Part shown: one piece after another, positions 50,131 through 58,229 of the stretch
Position numbering within the stretch: position 1 is the first letter of the stretch
Layout: every line of letters begins with the position of its first letter
Source: an archaeon
GTDB lineage: Archaea > Undinarchaeota > Undinarchaeia > Undinarchaeales > JBDRKL01
Assembly (NCBI GenBank): GCA_043814055.1
Contig: JBDRKL010000009.1
Span: forward strand, 1 to 64,000
Direction: 5' to 3'
Length of the DNA: 64,000 nucleotides
Made by a program: the position numbers and the translations under genes
Notes under the pieces: model-generated
Databases searched by the model: none
What the model was told of the DNA's origin: nothing
Seen by the model: only the letters and a program-made list of their open reading frames with translations

Positions 50131-50670
50131 ATGAGCAATGACATAACAATACGTCAAATTAGAATTCAGGATGAGATTCCGCTCTTGAATTCCTTGTATT
50201 GGGGAGAATATGAAAAGGGAACATTGGGTGGTGTTTTGCCTCCAATGTCTGAGAAAGAGATAGTTGACAATAAGTACTATTTTATTCAGAAAAAAGAGCA
50301 AATAATAGGAGCTTTTGCATTTCTATCATTCCCAGCTCTTCCAATACAGTTTACTGACCAGCCACATTTTATGAGACTCATACTAAAAGAGGAGTTCCGA
50401 GGGAAAAAAATATTTAGAAAAGTGCATGAGCTTGCATTAATAGAAGCAAAAAAGCTTGGTTACACAGCAATATACACTAGAATAAATCCATCCAATAGCC
50501 AAATGTTGTGGGTAATACAAAAGTATGGATGGGAAAAAATTGCAGATGATTCTGTAGATTCTTCACAACTTGACAAAAAGCAGATGTATAAACGTGTTTT
50601 GTCACTTATTTTAGAAAAATCTGGGAAAGAGCAAGTATACGAGGATATAATTTTTAAGAAAGAATTATAA
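50131..50670 (+). CDS. GNAT-family acetyltransferase
   Basis: LKEEFRGKKI..N..QKYGW; AT-rich. Confidence 0.7.
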   Translation: MSNDITIRQIRIQDEIPLLNSLYWGEYEKGTLGGVLPPMSEKEIVDNKYYFIQKKEQIIGAFAFLSFPALPIQFTDQPHFMRLILKEEFRGKKIFRKVHELALIEAKKLGYTAIYTRINPSNSQMLWVIQKYGWEKIADDSVDSSQLDKKQMYKRVLSLILEKSGKEQVYEDIIFKKEL

Positions 50671-50697
50671 GTATAGACAAATAGATATTACAATCTT

Positions 50698-50845
50698 GGG
50701 CCCGTGGTCTAGTGGCTATGACGTCTCCCTTACAACCCTTTTGCTTCGCAAAAGCGTTGACGGAAAAGAAACCGTCTTCGCGGCGATTGGAGCACGAGGG
50801 AAAGAACGGAGAAGTTCACAGGTTCGACTCCTGTTGGGCCCACCA
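50698..50845 (+). tRNA. tRNA-Val(TAC) with a 72-nt intron (50735-50806)
   Basis: GGGCCCG/TGGGCCC acceptor, TCTCC/GGAGA anticodon stem, intron at 37/38 with relaxed bulge-helix-bulge, CCA. Confidence 0.9.
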
Positions 50846-50867
50846 ATCTTTATAGTGGCAAGAAACA

Positions 50868-50953
50868 TAGCCACTTCGCGACTTGATGGCGCGAATGTGG
50901 CTAGACCTACGTCCGCGGTCAGGCGGACGTTTGAGTCCTGTTGGACCCACTAA
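50868..50953 (+). repeat. Family A-like double hairpin plus degenerate duplicate of the tRNA-Val 3' end
   Basis: TAGCCACTTCGCG..CGCGAATGTGGCTA, ACGTCCGCGGTCAGGCGGACGT, then GTTTGAGTCCTGTTGGACCCACTAA versus tRNA GTTCGACTCCTGTTGGGCCCACCAA. Confidence 0.75.
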
Positions 50954-50960
50954 TACTCAA

Positions 50961-51281
50961 ATGACAAGAATACAGCACGAAGTAATCGGAGGGCAGGACT
51001 ATCTCAAGATAGGCGATGATTATGCACTTGTGGTATTTGACCATAAAGACCCACAAAGGATACTCGCTGAGCTGAGGACGCTACACGTTTTTGATGAGGG
51101 GCAGGGACACGGCAGAGCGCTCGTGGAAGCTGCAGTTGAATTTGCAGAAGGTAAACACGCGAAAGTTATATGGGGAACAATTGCGGCAATGCCTCAAAAC
51201 CACCACGCCAAAGTAATTCGCATACTCACAGGATTAGGATTTAAAGTTGAGCCGGGTGGCGACTTCTCAAAGAATCTTTAG
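50961..51281 (+). CDS. GNAT-family acetyltransferase
   Basis: EGQGHGRALVEAAV..LGF. Confidence 0.7.
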   Translation: MTRIQHEVIGGQDYLKIGDDYALVVFDHKDPQRILAELRTLHVFDEGQGHGRALVEAAVEFAEGKHAKVIWGTIAAMPQNHHAKVIRILTGLGFKVEPGGDFSKNL

Positions 51282-51339
51282 ACTACCAATCTTTTTATAT
51301 AATCATTAGAGCATAGAATACTCGGCACGGGCTCGTCCG

Positions 51340-51399
51340 CAACCTTTTTCTATGCTCTGTTGAAGTGATTACTCTGGTTAAAAAAGCTTGACCAAAAAC
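51340..51399 (+). repeat. Family B element
   Basis: CAACCTTTTT..AAAAAAGCTTGACCAAAAAC; the last 20 nt are identical to the copy after SRP RNA. Confidence 0.75.
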
Positions 51400-51491
51400 A
51401 CAGTCCCGCGCCAAGAGCTTGATGCAGCGGGACTACCAGGCAAATTGAGCGCCACCATACTTTTATATAATTGGGAACAGAAGAATTACCC

Positions 51492-51765
51492 GGTACAGGC
51501 TAGGCCGGGAGAGTAGCAGTCTCCCTTTCTCAAATCTGCTTTAGGAGGGCTGAATGCCGGTGTGAGTTGCAGTATTGGGGGAGTCGTCTTGGGCTCTGGC
51601 GTCGAAGCCTCGTCCTGCGGGACTGACTGCCCTGCTAACCGGGTCAGATGGGGAACCAAGCAGCCCTACACAGGGCGCGTTGGTGCTCGCGGGTTCGCGG
51701 GGTGGAGCCTCTGCTCAAGGTCAGCGGCTTTCTTAGTATTGCAGCGAGCTCCGGATGCCTGTGCC
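51492..51765 (+). ncRNA. ffs: Archaeal SRP (7S) RNA
   Basis: Helix 8 GGGTCAGATGG-GGAA-CCAAGCAGCCC; terminal helix GGTACAGGC/GCCTGTGCC; TATA box upstream. Confidence 0.9.
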
Positions 51766-51766
51766 A

Positions 51767-51820
51767 CAAACTTTTTATTGATTATATTTGTGAAAAAAGC
51801 TTGACCAAAAAACTCGCTTC
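51767..51820 (+). repeat. Family B element at the SRP RNA 3' end
   Basis: CAAACTTTTTATT..AAAAAAGCTTGACCAAAAACTCGCTTC. Confidence 0.8.
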
Positions 51821-51881
51821 AGCACACAGCGCTTACGCGCCGTGTGTCTCTACATGCTTCGCATGTAGACCGCTCGGCAGT

Positions 51882-52781
51882 TTAAATTTCTTCCAAAGTC
51901 GCACAATACTTGCAAATTTTAGCAGGAGTTCTTTCTCCGCACTCTGGGCAGTTGTTCAATTTGGGATTGTCAAACTTGCCCTCAAGCAATGGCATAAGAT
52001 TGTTAACGCCCTTGAGAATCTGGAACTTTGTACCAGGGTGCGCTGCCTCTAATTCATTGAGCTTGTTCCTGATTGAGCAGCGCAGGGACTGCTGGACATA
52101 TGGGCACTCGTCGTTGTGGAATGGAAAACCCTGCACGATTGTGTACAACCCAATTTCCTTTTCAGGCACTTCGCGTAGCGGCTTCACGCGCGGCACATAG
52201 CCCTTTTGAGTTGGAGTTTTTGCACCAATGCGGGACATTCTTGCGAAGTCCCCGCGGAAATAATTCATCACTGTGCTCTGCACTTCATCGTCCAAATTGT
52301 GCCCTGTTGCGACAACATCAGCTTTTAATTCTTTCGCCGCGTTGTTCATGATTCGCCTGCGGATTACGCCGCAGTAGGTGCACGGAATTTTGTCGCCCTT
52401 CTTCGCAATCTGATCCATTGTCTTCCCGACTTCGTCCTTGAAATTGTAAATCACTGCAGGCACGTCAAGCTCTTCAAAATTCTTAATCGCGATTTTGACA
52501 CTTTCGTCACGGTAGCCCTTGATGCCCTCGTCAACCACAATGCCTGTGAGCCTGAGTGGCATTTGCTTTGCGAACTTGTGCATAAACCTGAGCAGTGTGA
52601 CTGAGTCCTTGCCGCCGGAGATGCCCATCACAACGTGGTCGTTGCGTTTGAAAAGTTTGTTCTTGCTGATGTTCTTTCTGATTCTGTCATCGGTCAATTT
52701 GATAAAATGGTCTGTGCAGAGCTTGCGATTCATATAGCGCAGGTAGGCCACGGCTTTCTTGGAACAGCGGTCGCATTTCAT
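51882..52781 (-). CDS. tRNA 2-thiolation enzyme TtuA/NcsA
   Basis: CDRC..C..H, SGGKDS, CTYCGV, TGHNLDD, CPECG..CKYC. Confidence 0.92.
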   Translation of the reverse strand: MKCDRCSKKAVAYLRYMNRKLCTDHFIKLTDDRIRKNISKNKLFKRNDHVVMGISGGKDSVTLLRFMHKFAKQMPLRLTGIVVDEGIKGYRDESVKIAIKNFEELDVPAVIYNFKDEVGKTMDQIAKKGDKIPCTYCGVIRRRIMNNAAKELKADVVATGHNLDDEVQSTVMNYFRGDFARMSRIGAKTPTQKGYVPRVKPLREVPEKEIGLYTIVQGFPFHNDECPYVQQSLRCSIRNKLNELEAAHPGTKFQILKGVNNLMPLLEGKFDNPKLNNCPECGERTPAKICKYCATLEEI

Positions 52782-52840
52782 CTCGAAGCACCTCCGCTTT
52801 GAGATGAGCCCGGTCTCAAATTGCAAGGTCTGGGCCTCAT
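52778..52840 (-). repeat. Divergent family C-like element / 20-aa bridging mini-ORF
   Basis: ATGAGGCCC..GGGCTCATCTCAAAGC-GGAGGT-GCTTCGAGATGA; same hairpin layout, TGA overlaps the downstream ATG. Confidence 0.6.
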
Positions 52841-52841
52841 T

Positions 52842-53042
52842 CTATCCCCCGCTCACCACTCGAATCAACTCAACCTCGTCGCCTGATTTGAGCTTTTCAA
52901 TTTCAATCGCTACTTCGCTGTTGCGCTTTACAACATAGGACTCCGAGCACTCGCCGAGCTCGTTGAATAAGTCAAGAATTGTAGAGTTTGGCTTGAGCTC
53001 AACGGTCTTGGATTTGCCAGGGAGTTTGACGCGGATTTTCAT
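52842..53042 (-). CDS. Ubiquitin-like sulfur carrier (SAMP/ThiS/MoaD family)
   Basis: 66 aa ending GDEVELIRVVSGG; adjacent to the TtuA-like gene. Confidence 0.9.
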   Translation of the reverse strand: MKIRVKLPGKSKTVELKPNSTILDLFNELGECSESYVVKRNSEVAIEIEKLKSGDEVELIRVVSGG

Positions 53043-53722
53043 TTTGGCTTGCTGTTGAGACTAACAAATTTTGTAGCATACTGCTCTAATTGTGCCTCTG
53101 TAAGCCGATTAAACATGCGGTTATGATAACGACACAGTATATCGCGATTAACTCCATAAATCTCGCTCAGCGTAATCTCCCCATCAAACCTCTTATAGGA
53201 TCCTGCCTTTTTTAGGATGTCCTCCTCTGATACAAGACCATTCTTGCTCTTGCCAACAAGCTCCAGCCCAAGCTTGACAAAAAATAGGAGGGTCGCCCGT
53301 GTCCGTGCTATCACAGTCATAGTCAACAGCACCCTGTACAGTTTTCGTATGCCCTGTTTGTCAATTGTGTCCAGCCTGTACATTTCAAATATTTCCTGCA
53401 GTTCAGGGGCAATTATTGTGTAATTGATGATTGCCTCGTAGAGGCCTGACTCTACGTTGACCTCGTTGAAATTCACCTTTTTAAGGCGCGGAGCAACGTG
53501 ATTAACAAAGAGCTCCATCTGGAAGAATATGAACTTCAATTGGTCAGAGGTGGGCTTAAAATTTTCCATTTTAATTAGGTCAGCCCCCTGGGCTAGATAA
53601 GCGTAAGAGAAACCACGCACAGGTGCTACCTGTGCATCATCGGATGTATCGCCTTTTGGCGCAGCACTGACATCTAATTCCTTCTTCAATTGCTCAAGTG
53701 CAGCTTGGTTATACACACCCAT
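53039..53722 (-). CDS. Hypothetical protein
   Basis: 227-aa ORF with GAGGTGA SD, overlapping both neighbours. Confidence 0.65.
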   Translation of the reverse strand: MGVYNQAALEQLKKELDVSAAPKGDTSDDAQVAPVRGFSYAYLAQGADLIKMENFKPTSDQLKFIFFQMELFVNHVAPRLKKVNFNEVNVESGLYEAIINYTIIAPELQEIFEMYRLDTIDKQGIRKLYRVLLTMTVIARTRATLLFFVKLGLELVGKSKNGLVSEEDILKKAGSYKRFDGEITLSEIYGVNRDILCRYHNRMFNRLTEAQLEQYATKFVSLNSKPK

Positions 53723-54218
53723 TTTTCTTCACCTCTTTTCCGTTTTCCTTGGGACTTATATGCTGTTTCGCGTTCTTAAACTTTGGCTTGGTTGAGATGT
53801 TTTCAAGCAGAACAGCGAGCGCGGCAATCTCTGAGTGCGGCTGGTTCGTAACTCCGATGTTGTAATCAGCAATTTGGTAAACATCCGCGGGAACTTTCTG
53901 CCCGCCGACTATGATGAGCTTGTCTTTTGCGCTGAGCTTCCTGATCGTTTCTTCATACGGCAGACCATACATTGTCAGGTGGATTGTCTCGCCTTTGAAG
54001 TTCTTGATAAAGCTTGCGTAACCCTTGATGTGTTCAATTGTGAAAGGTCCGCCCCAGGACTCTACAATCTTCCGAACGCTCAGCTCAAGCTCAGAGTCCT
54101 TGTCTCCGGTGTAGTAAATCTTCTCAGCGCCGAAAGCTCGACCTACCAGAGCGCAGTGCGTTGAAACTCGCTTGTCGCGGGCTGTGCGGTGGCCTAAACG
54201 CAGTATTGAGATTGCCAT
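53709..54218 (-). CDS. trm56: tRNA (cytidine56-2'-O)-methyltransferase
   Basis: LRLGHR..RDKRVSTH, HLTMYG, NQPHSEIAALA. Confidence 0.95.
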   Translation of the reverse strand: MAISILRLGHRTARDKRVSTHCALVGRAFGAEKIYYTGDKDSELELSVRKIVESWGGPFTIEHIKGYASFIKNFKGETIHLTMYGLPYEETIRKLSAKDKLIIVGGQKVPADVYQIADYNIGVTNQPHSEIAALAVLLENISTKPKFKNAKQHISPKENGKEVKKNGCV

Positions 54219-54260
54219 GATAACACATATAAAAGAGGGCGCACACATATAATGATTGCT

Positions 54261-54677
54261 ATGAAAAACAGCCACTTTGAACTTACGTTTATACCAAATA
54301 ATAACTCAGCAATGGAATTGCTCGAGGTCAGCCTGAACGCGAACAACCTCAAGAAAGTAAAGGAAGGAACAGGCAAAAAGGACTCAATTTTTGAGGGCTT
54401 TGACTTTAAGAGGTATGAGGGCAAGGGGTTCAGCATACACCTGCTCTCCAGCAAAACTCGCAACGGGATAATGTTCAAGAGCGCGAGCGAAAAAGCAAAG
54501 GAAACCGGGCTTGAGGTTTACACCGAGCTCGTGAACTCAATCCGCGCGGAAATCGGAGCTGTGCCGTGGAACGAAATGGTCCGGATAGGTCCGAGCAACG
54601 TGGCGAGCGGGTTCAAGACCATGGGCGGCAAGGCTGCGCAACAACTGCCGGGTGGCTGGGCAACTGACTCGTTCTAA
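54261..54677 (+). CDS. Hypothetical protein
   Basis: ORF with codon usage like its neighbours. Confidence 0.55.
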   Translation: MKNSHFELTFIPNNNSAMELLEVSLNANNLKKVKEGTGKKDSIFEGFDFKRYEGKGFSIHLLSSKTRNGIMFKSASEKAKETGLEVYTELVNSIRAEIGAVPWNEMVRIGPSNVASGFKTMGGKAAQQLPGGWATDSF

Positions 54678-54743
54678 AGCCTGACCATCCCCGCAAAGTT
54701 TTAAAAGTTAAATTAGCTTAGCTTATAGCATAATCATAAATTT

Positions 54744-54844
54744 AGCCCCGTAGTGTAGCGGCCAAGCACTCCGGCCTTTGACCTGTGTTTGATAAAAACT
54801 CAGGAAGACAGCCGGTAACGGCAGTTCGAATCTGCCCGGGGCTA
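54744..54844 (+). tRNA. tRNA-Gln(TTG) with a 28-nt intron (54782-54809)
   Basis: AGCCCCG/CGGGGCT acceptor, CCGGC/GCCGG stem, canonical BHB (CTTT/GAAG helix), GTTCGAATC. Confidence 0.93.
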
Positions 54845-54845
54845 C

Positions 54846-56204
54846 TCAAAATTTAGTGGTTAGTATTTTTTGCTTTTTTGCATAGAGAGTGATAAGAAAG
54901 TTTAATTTTTGTTTCCATTTATGTGATTTAAAATCAGCAGGGTATATTTCTATAAGTTTGCTTTGAAACCCTAGTTTTTGATACAGAGGTAACTTAACCT
55001 CAATAGTTTTGATGTCATAAAATTCCTTTCCAGCAAGCCCCCAAATTTCAACCCAGTGCTGTCCTATTTTAAAATCCGTACGAGATTTTGGGTCTGTTTT
55101 AGATTTGGATATTCTCACCCCAACTTGATGGGAAATGCCATTATAAAATAGCCAATTGTCAACAACACGCTCATAAGTAGAATTAACCATATGGCCATCT
55201 TTACATACTAATTTCTCTGTGTAACCGAATAGAGAGGCTCGTATAGGGATATTATATTCTTTTAGCCACCTTATTACAGAAGTAGAAGCAACTCCACAGG
55301 ATAATGCAATCTCATAAGAAGATAGTTTATCATTTAAATACCATCCAATAAGCTCAGTTCTAGTAGGCTTATATGAATTAAATAATCGGGTCTCACTAGA
55401 GGTTCTTGATTCAACCCTATATCTTTTTAATAAGTTTGAAATGGACACATCACTAATGTTGTACATATTTGCTATCTGGCATATAGAGAATCCCTTTTTA
55501 ACATATAGGTCTTGCAATTCTTGTTTAATGGGGAACTTTGCGTCTTTTTTGAGATTTCGGGAACCCCCTTTTCGGATAGGTATACCATATTTTTTTAACC
55601 ATCTAGCAACACTGCCCTTGGTAACTCTGCAGATTTTTGCAATTTTAATAGTTGATTGATGTTCATCTAGATACCACTGTTCTAATTCTTTTTTTGAAGG
55701 CACATACGATTTAAAAAGACGAGTTTCAATACCTTTTCTTGCTGTTATCCCATATTTTTTCAGATAATCGGCAATCGTAGATGGATCGATATTACATAGT
55801 TTTCCTATCTTCAAAACAGATAAACCTTGAACTAAATACCAATCTTGAAGTTCTTCTTGAGTAGGCATATGAGCATTTGATTTAAGATTTGCTTCAGAAG
55901 CAGAACGGATAGAGACTTTGTATTTTTTTAATAGGCGTCCAATAACTGAACGGGATACACCATATTTTTTTGCTATTATTAGAGGATGTACTCTTTGTGT
56001 CAGATACATTGCCTCTAATTCACTTTTGGACGGAAGAACAACCCCTTCGTTTAAACGTGCCTCAGAGGGCGTCCTTACTAAATTTCTTTTTTTTAGAAAT
56101 TGCCAAACAAAACCCTGAGAAACATTTAAGATTTTTGCAATCTCGTGTGTTGTTTTTCTTTTAGTTATATATAAGTCGATAATTTGTTTCTCATCAATTT
56201 CCAT
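54846..56204 (-). CDS. Six tandem HTH repeats fused to a PD-(D/E)XK-like nuclease domain
   Basis: About 56-aa PxxxELxxxY..IA..LKKYxIxxR repeats; C-terminal DGH.V.S.YE..VDNWL..DF..VEIWG; strongly AT-rich. Confidence 0.75.
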   Translation of the reverse strand: MEIDEKQIIDLYITKRKTTHEIAKILNVSQGFVWQFLKKRNLVRTPSEARLNEGVVLPSKSELEAMYLTQRVHPLIIAKKYGVSRSVIGRLLKKYKVSIRSASEANLKSNAHMPTQEELQDWYLVQGLSVLKIGKLCNIDPSTIADYLKKYGITARKGIETRLFKSYVPSKKELEQWYLDEHQSTIKIAKICRVTKGSVARWLKKYGIPIRKGGSRNLKKDAKFPIKQELQDLYVKKGFSICQIANMYNISDVSISNLLKRYRVESRTSSETRLFNSYKPTRTELIGWYLNDKLSSYEIALSCGVASTSVIRWLKEYNIPIRASLFGYTEKLVCKDGHMVNSTYERVVDNWLFYNGISHQVGVRISKSKTDPKSRTDFKIGQHWVEIWGLAGKEFYDIKTIEVKLPLYQKLGFQSKLIEIYPADFKSHKWKQKLNFLITLYAKKQKILTTKF

Positions 56205-56235
56205 ACTAAATACTCCACTTAGTTTTCAAACCTTA

Positions 56236-56847
56236 TTAATCCAATTCAACCCCAAACCCTTTCAAATCCTCTTTGAGCTTTTCTGAATTTTCAAACAAAA
56301 CCGCATTCATACCCAAAGATTTCGCAATATCAACAAACGCCTGAATATCGTCAATAAACAAAACCTCTTCTGGTTTAAGATTCAACTTGTCCAGCGCGAA
56401 TTTGAAAAACTCAGGGTTGTCCTTGGTCATCTTCGCGTCAACTGATGCAATGATTCCCTCTAGAAAATCAAACCAGCCCTGCTGAACCACGATGTCTTTG
56501 TGCTTCTGTATCGCGTTTGTGAGCGCGACAATTTTGTAATTCTTTTTGAGCTCAAGCGCGATTTCTTTAACCGACTCGTTCACCTTGACCATTTCAGCAT
56601 AGTTCCAAACGAAGATTGCCTTGAGCAAGTCCAAATTCACGTCCTTGCCCATGCGCTCGTTGAGCTTTTTCAAGAACTCTGTGCCGCTCATCTCGCCCCT
56701 GCACGCAGGGAGCGATTCCATGTTTATTATTTTCCAGAACTCAGGCTTGCCCTCTCCCTTTACCCCGTAGAACTCCGCGGCTTTTTCAAGAATCGGGCGC
56801 ATGTCAAGCAATACACCGCCGATATCAAACATAATTGTAGTAATCAT
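56236..56847 (-). CDS. HAD-family phosphatase
   Basis: FDIGGVL, LTN, K, FIDD motifs. Confidence 0.9.
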   Translation of the reverse strand: MITTIMFDIGGVLLDMRPILEKAAEFYGVKGEGKPEFWKIINMESLPACRGEMSGTEFLKKLNERMGKDVNLDLLKAIFVWNYAEMVKVNESVKEIALELKKNYKIVALTNAIQKHKDIVVQQGWFDFLEGIIASVDAKMTKDNPEFFKFALDKLNLKPEEVLFIDDIQAFVDIAKSLGMNAVLFENSEKLKEDLKGFGVELD

Positions 56848-58019
56848 TTAAACCCCAGGAGAATGTCCCGCGCGGTCTTTCCAACCTTTTTCAAATTTTC
56901 CTCCTTGCAGTAAACTCCAACATTCCAGTAGGCCCATTGCTCGTCCTTGAGCGACTTGAGCAGGAGCGACACATCCGTGAGCTTTACAGGCTTGCCCTTC
57001 TGCATTATGGTTGCCTCAGCCTCTTTTGGGTAGAGTGGCGGCGGAATGTCCAGGAGAACTTCGCCATCAGCCAACCCGCAGGTGTCTGTGAGCTCAATCT
57101 CAAGCGCGCGGAGCTTTTTTGACGTCAGGCTGATGAGCTTTTTGGGCGGTATTCCAAAATCAGAAATCTCCAGCACTGCGGCGCGCTTGTAGAGCCGCCT
57201 TGATTCTATTCGCTCTATCATTTCGTTGTCAAGCGACCTGAGCTTTGCGATTATACCAATGTCGTCCATTGCATAGAGCTCATCAACTGTGAATAAATTC
57301 TCGCGCAGGCAGGAAAGCACTGCGCTCGTGAACATTGAGTTTATTATACGCACTGTGTGATGCTCGTAGACATTCGGGTACATCAAGTACCTGCCCTGCA
57401 CAAGCGACTCAGCTGCGGAGAGTCCGCCCTCTGCAAGCACTAGCTTGCGGTTGTAGAGCTTCAAGACGCTGAGCAGGCGGTCAATGTCAATCATCCCGTA
57501 CGCAGCGCCTGTGTAATATGAATCGCGAACAAGATAGTCCATCCGGTCTATGTCAATCTCACCAGAAAGGATTTCGCCGAGCTGGGTTTCTCCAGATACA
57601 ATTTTTGCAATCTCGTCCGGCTTGAAACCGAGCTTTTTTATTAAATCCGCGAGCCTGCTCTTTTTTATCAGGTTAATGGTTTTCCCCTCGTGCTTGCCCT
57701 CGTCTCCGATATGCGCCTTTATGACATCCTCTGAAGTATGCGAAAGCGGGCCGTGGCCAACGTCGTGCAGGAGAGCGGCGAGCTTTATTTTCTCAGCAGC
57801 GTCCGTTTCAAGCTCAATGTTTTCCGCGAGCCTGCCCGCAAGATAGAAAGTTCCAAGAGAATGCTCAAAGCGGGTGTGCGTCGCTGTTGGGTAAACAAGG
57901 TATGTGAACCCGAGCTGCTTGATGTTCCGAAGGCGCTGCATCTGAGGCGAGTCCAGCATTTCAATCTCACCATCTGAGACTTTTATGTTGCCATGCACTG
58001 CGTCGCGTATCGTTTTCAT
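56844..58019 (-). CDS. HD-domain phosphohydrolase (SAMHD1/YwfO-like)
   Basis: QRLRNIKQLG, HTRFEHSLG, LLHDVGHGP, DIDRMDYLVRD. Confidence 0.92.
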   Translation of the reverse strand: MKTIRDAVHGNIKVSDGEIEMLDSPQMQRLRNIKQLGFTYLVYPTATHTRFEHSLGTFYLAGRLAENIELETDAAEKIKLAALLHDVGHGPLSHTSEDVIKAHIGDEGKHEGKTINLIKKSRLADLIKKLGFKPDEIAKIVSGETQLGEILSGEIDIDRMDYLVRDSYYTGAAYGMIDIDRLLSVLKLYNRKLVLAEGGLSAAESLVQGRYLMYPNVYEHHTVRIINSMFTSAVLSCLRENLFTVDELYAMDDIGIIAKLRSLDNEMIERIESRRLYKRAAVLEISDFGIPPKKLISLTSKKLRALEIELTDTCGLADGEVLLDIPPPLYPKEAEATIMQKGKPVKLTDVSLLLKSLKDEQWAYWNVGVYCKEENLKKVGKTARDILLGFK

Positions 58020-58150
58020 GGTAAAAAGTAGTGTATTTGCTTATTTATACCCTCCTAGAAAAACAAAAAGCTTAAAAACAATCAAGTATAGACATACTGC
58101 GTTAGGACACTTTTTCTCAAAGTTAGTCCACTGAGCGGGAGAATAATCAA

Positions 58151-58229
58151 ATGGCACAACAAAGCCTGACAAGGCACACCAGCTTTGTGTGGATTTCAAA
58201 GCTGGATAAAAAGGAGGAACTTTGAAATG
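58151..58229 (+). repeat. Family C element / 24-aa upstream mini-ORF before the PPIase
   Basis: ATGGCACAACAAAGC..CAGCTTTGTGTGGATTTCAAAGCTG..GGAGGAACTTTGA-A-ATG. Confidence 0.8.

Noticed and set aside
49927-50953. ORFs 49927..50301, 49943..50134 and 50696..50953
   Set aside because: They overlap tRNA genes
51329-51457. Functional tRNA (Sec/Pyl), 5S rRNA or RNase P RNA
   Set aside because: No T-arm, anticodon arm or conserved 5S/RNase P motifs; kept only as an unknown ncRNA candidate
51562-52052. ORFs across the SRP locus
   Set aside because: Explained by SRP RNA and by the antisense strand of the TtuA-like gene
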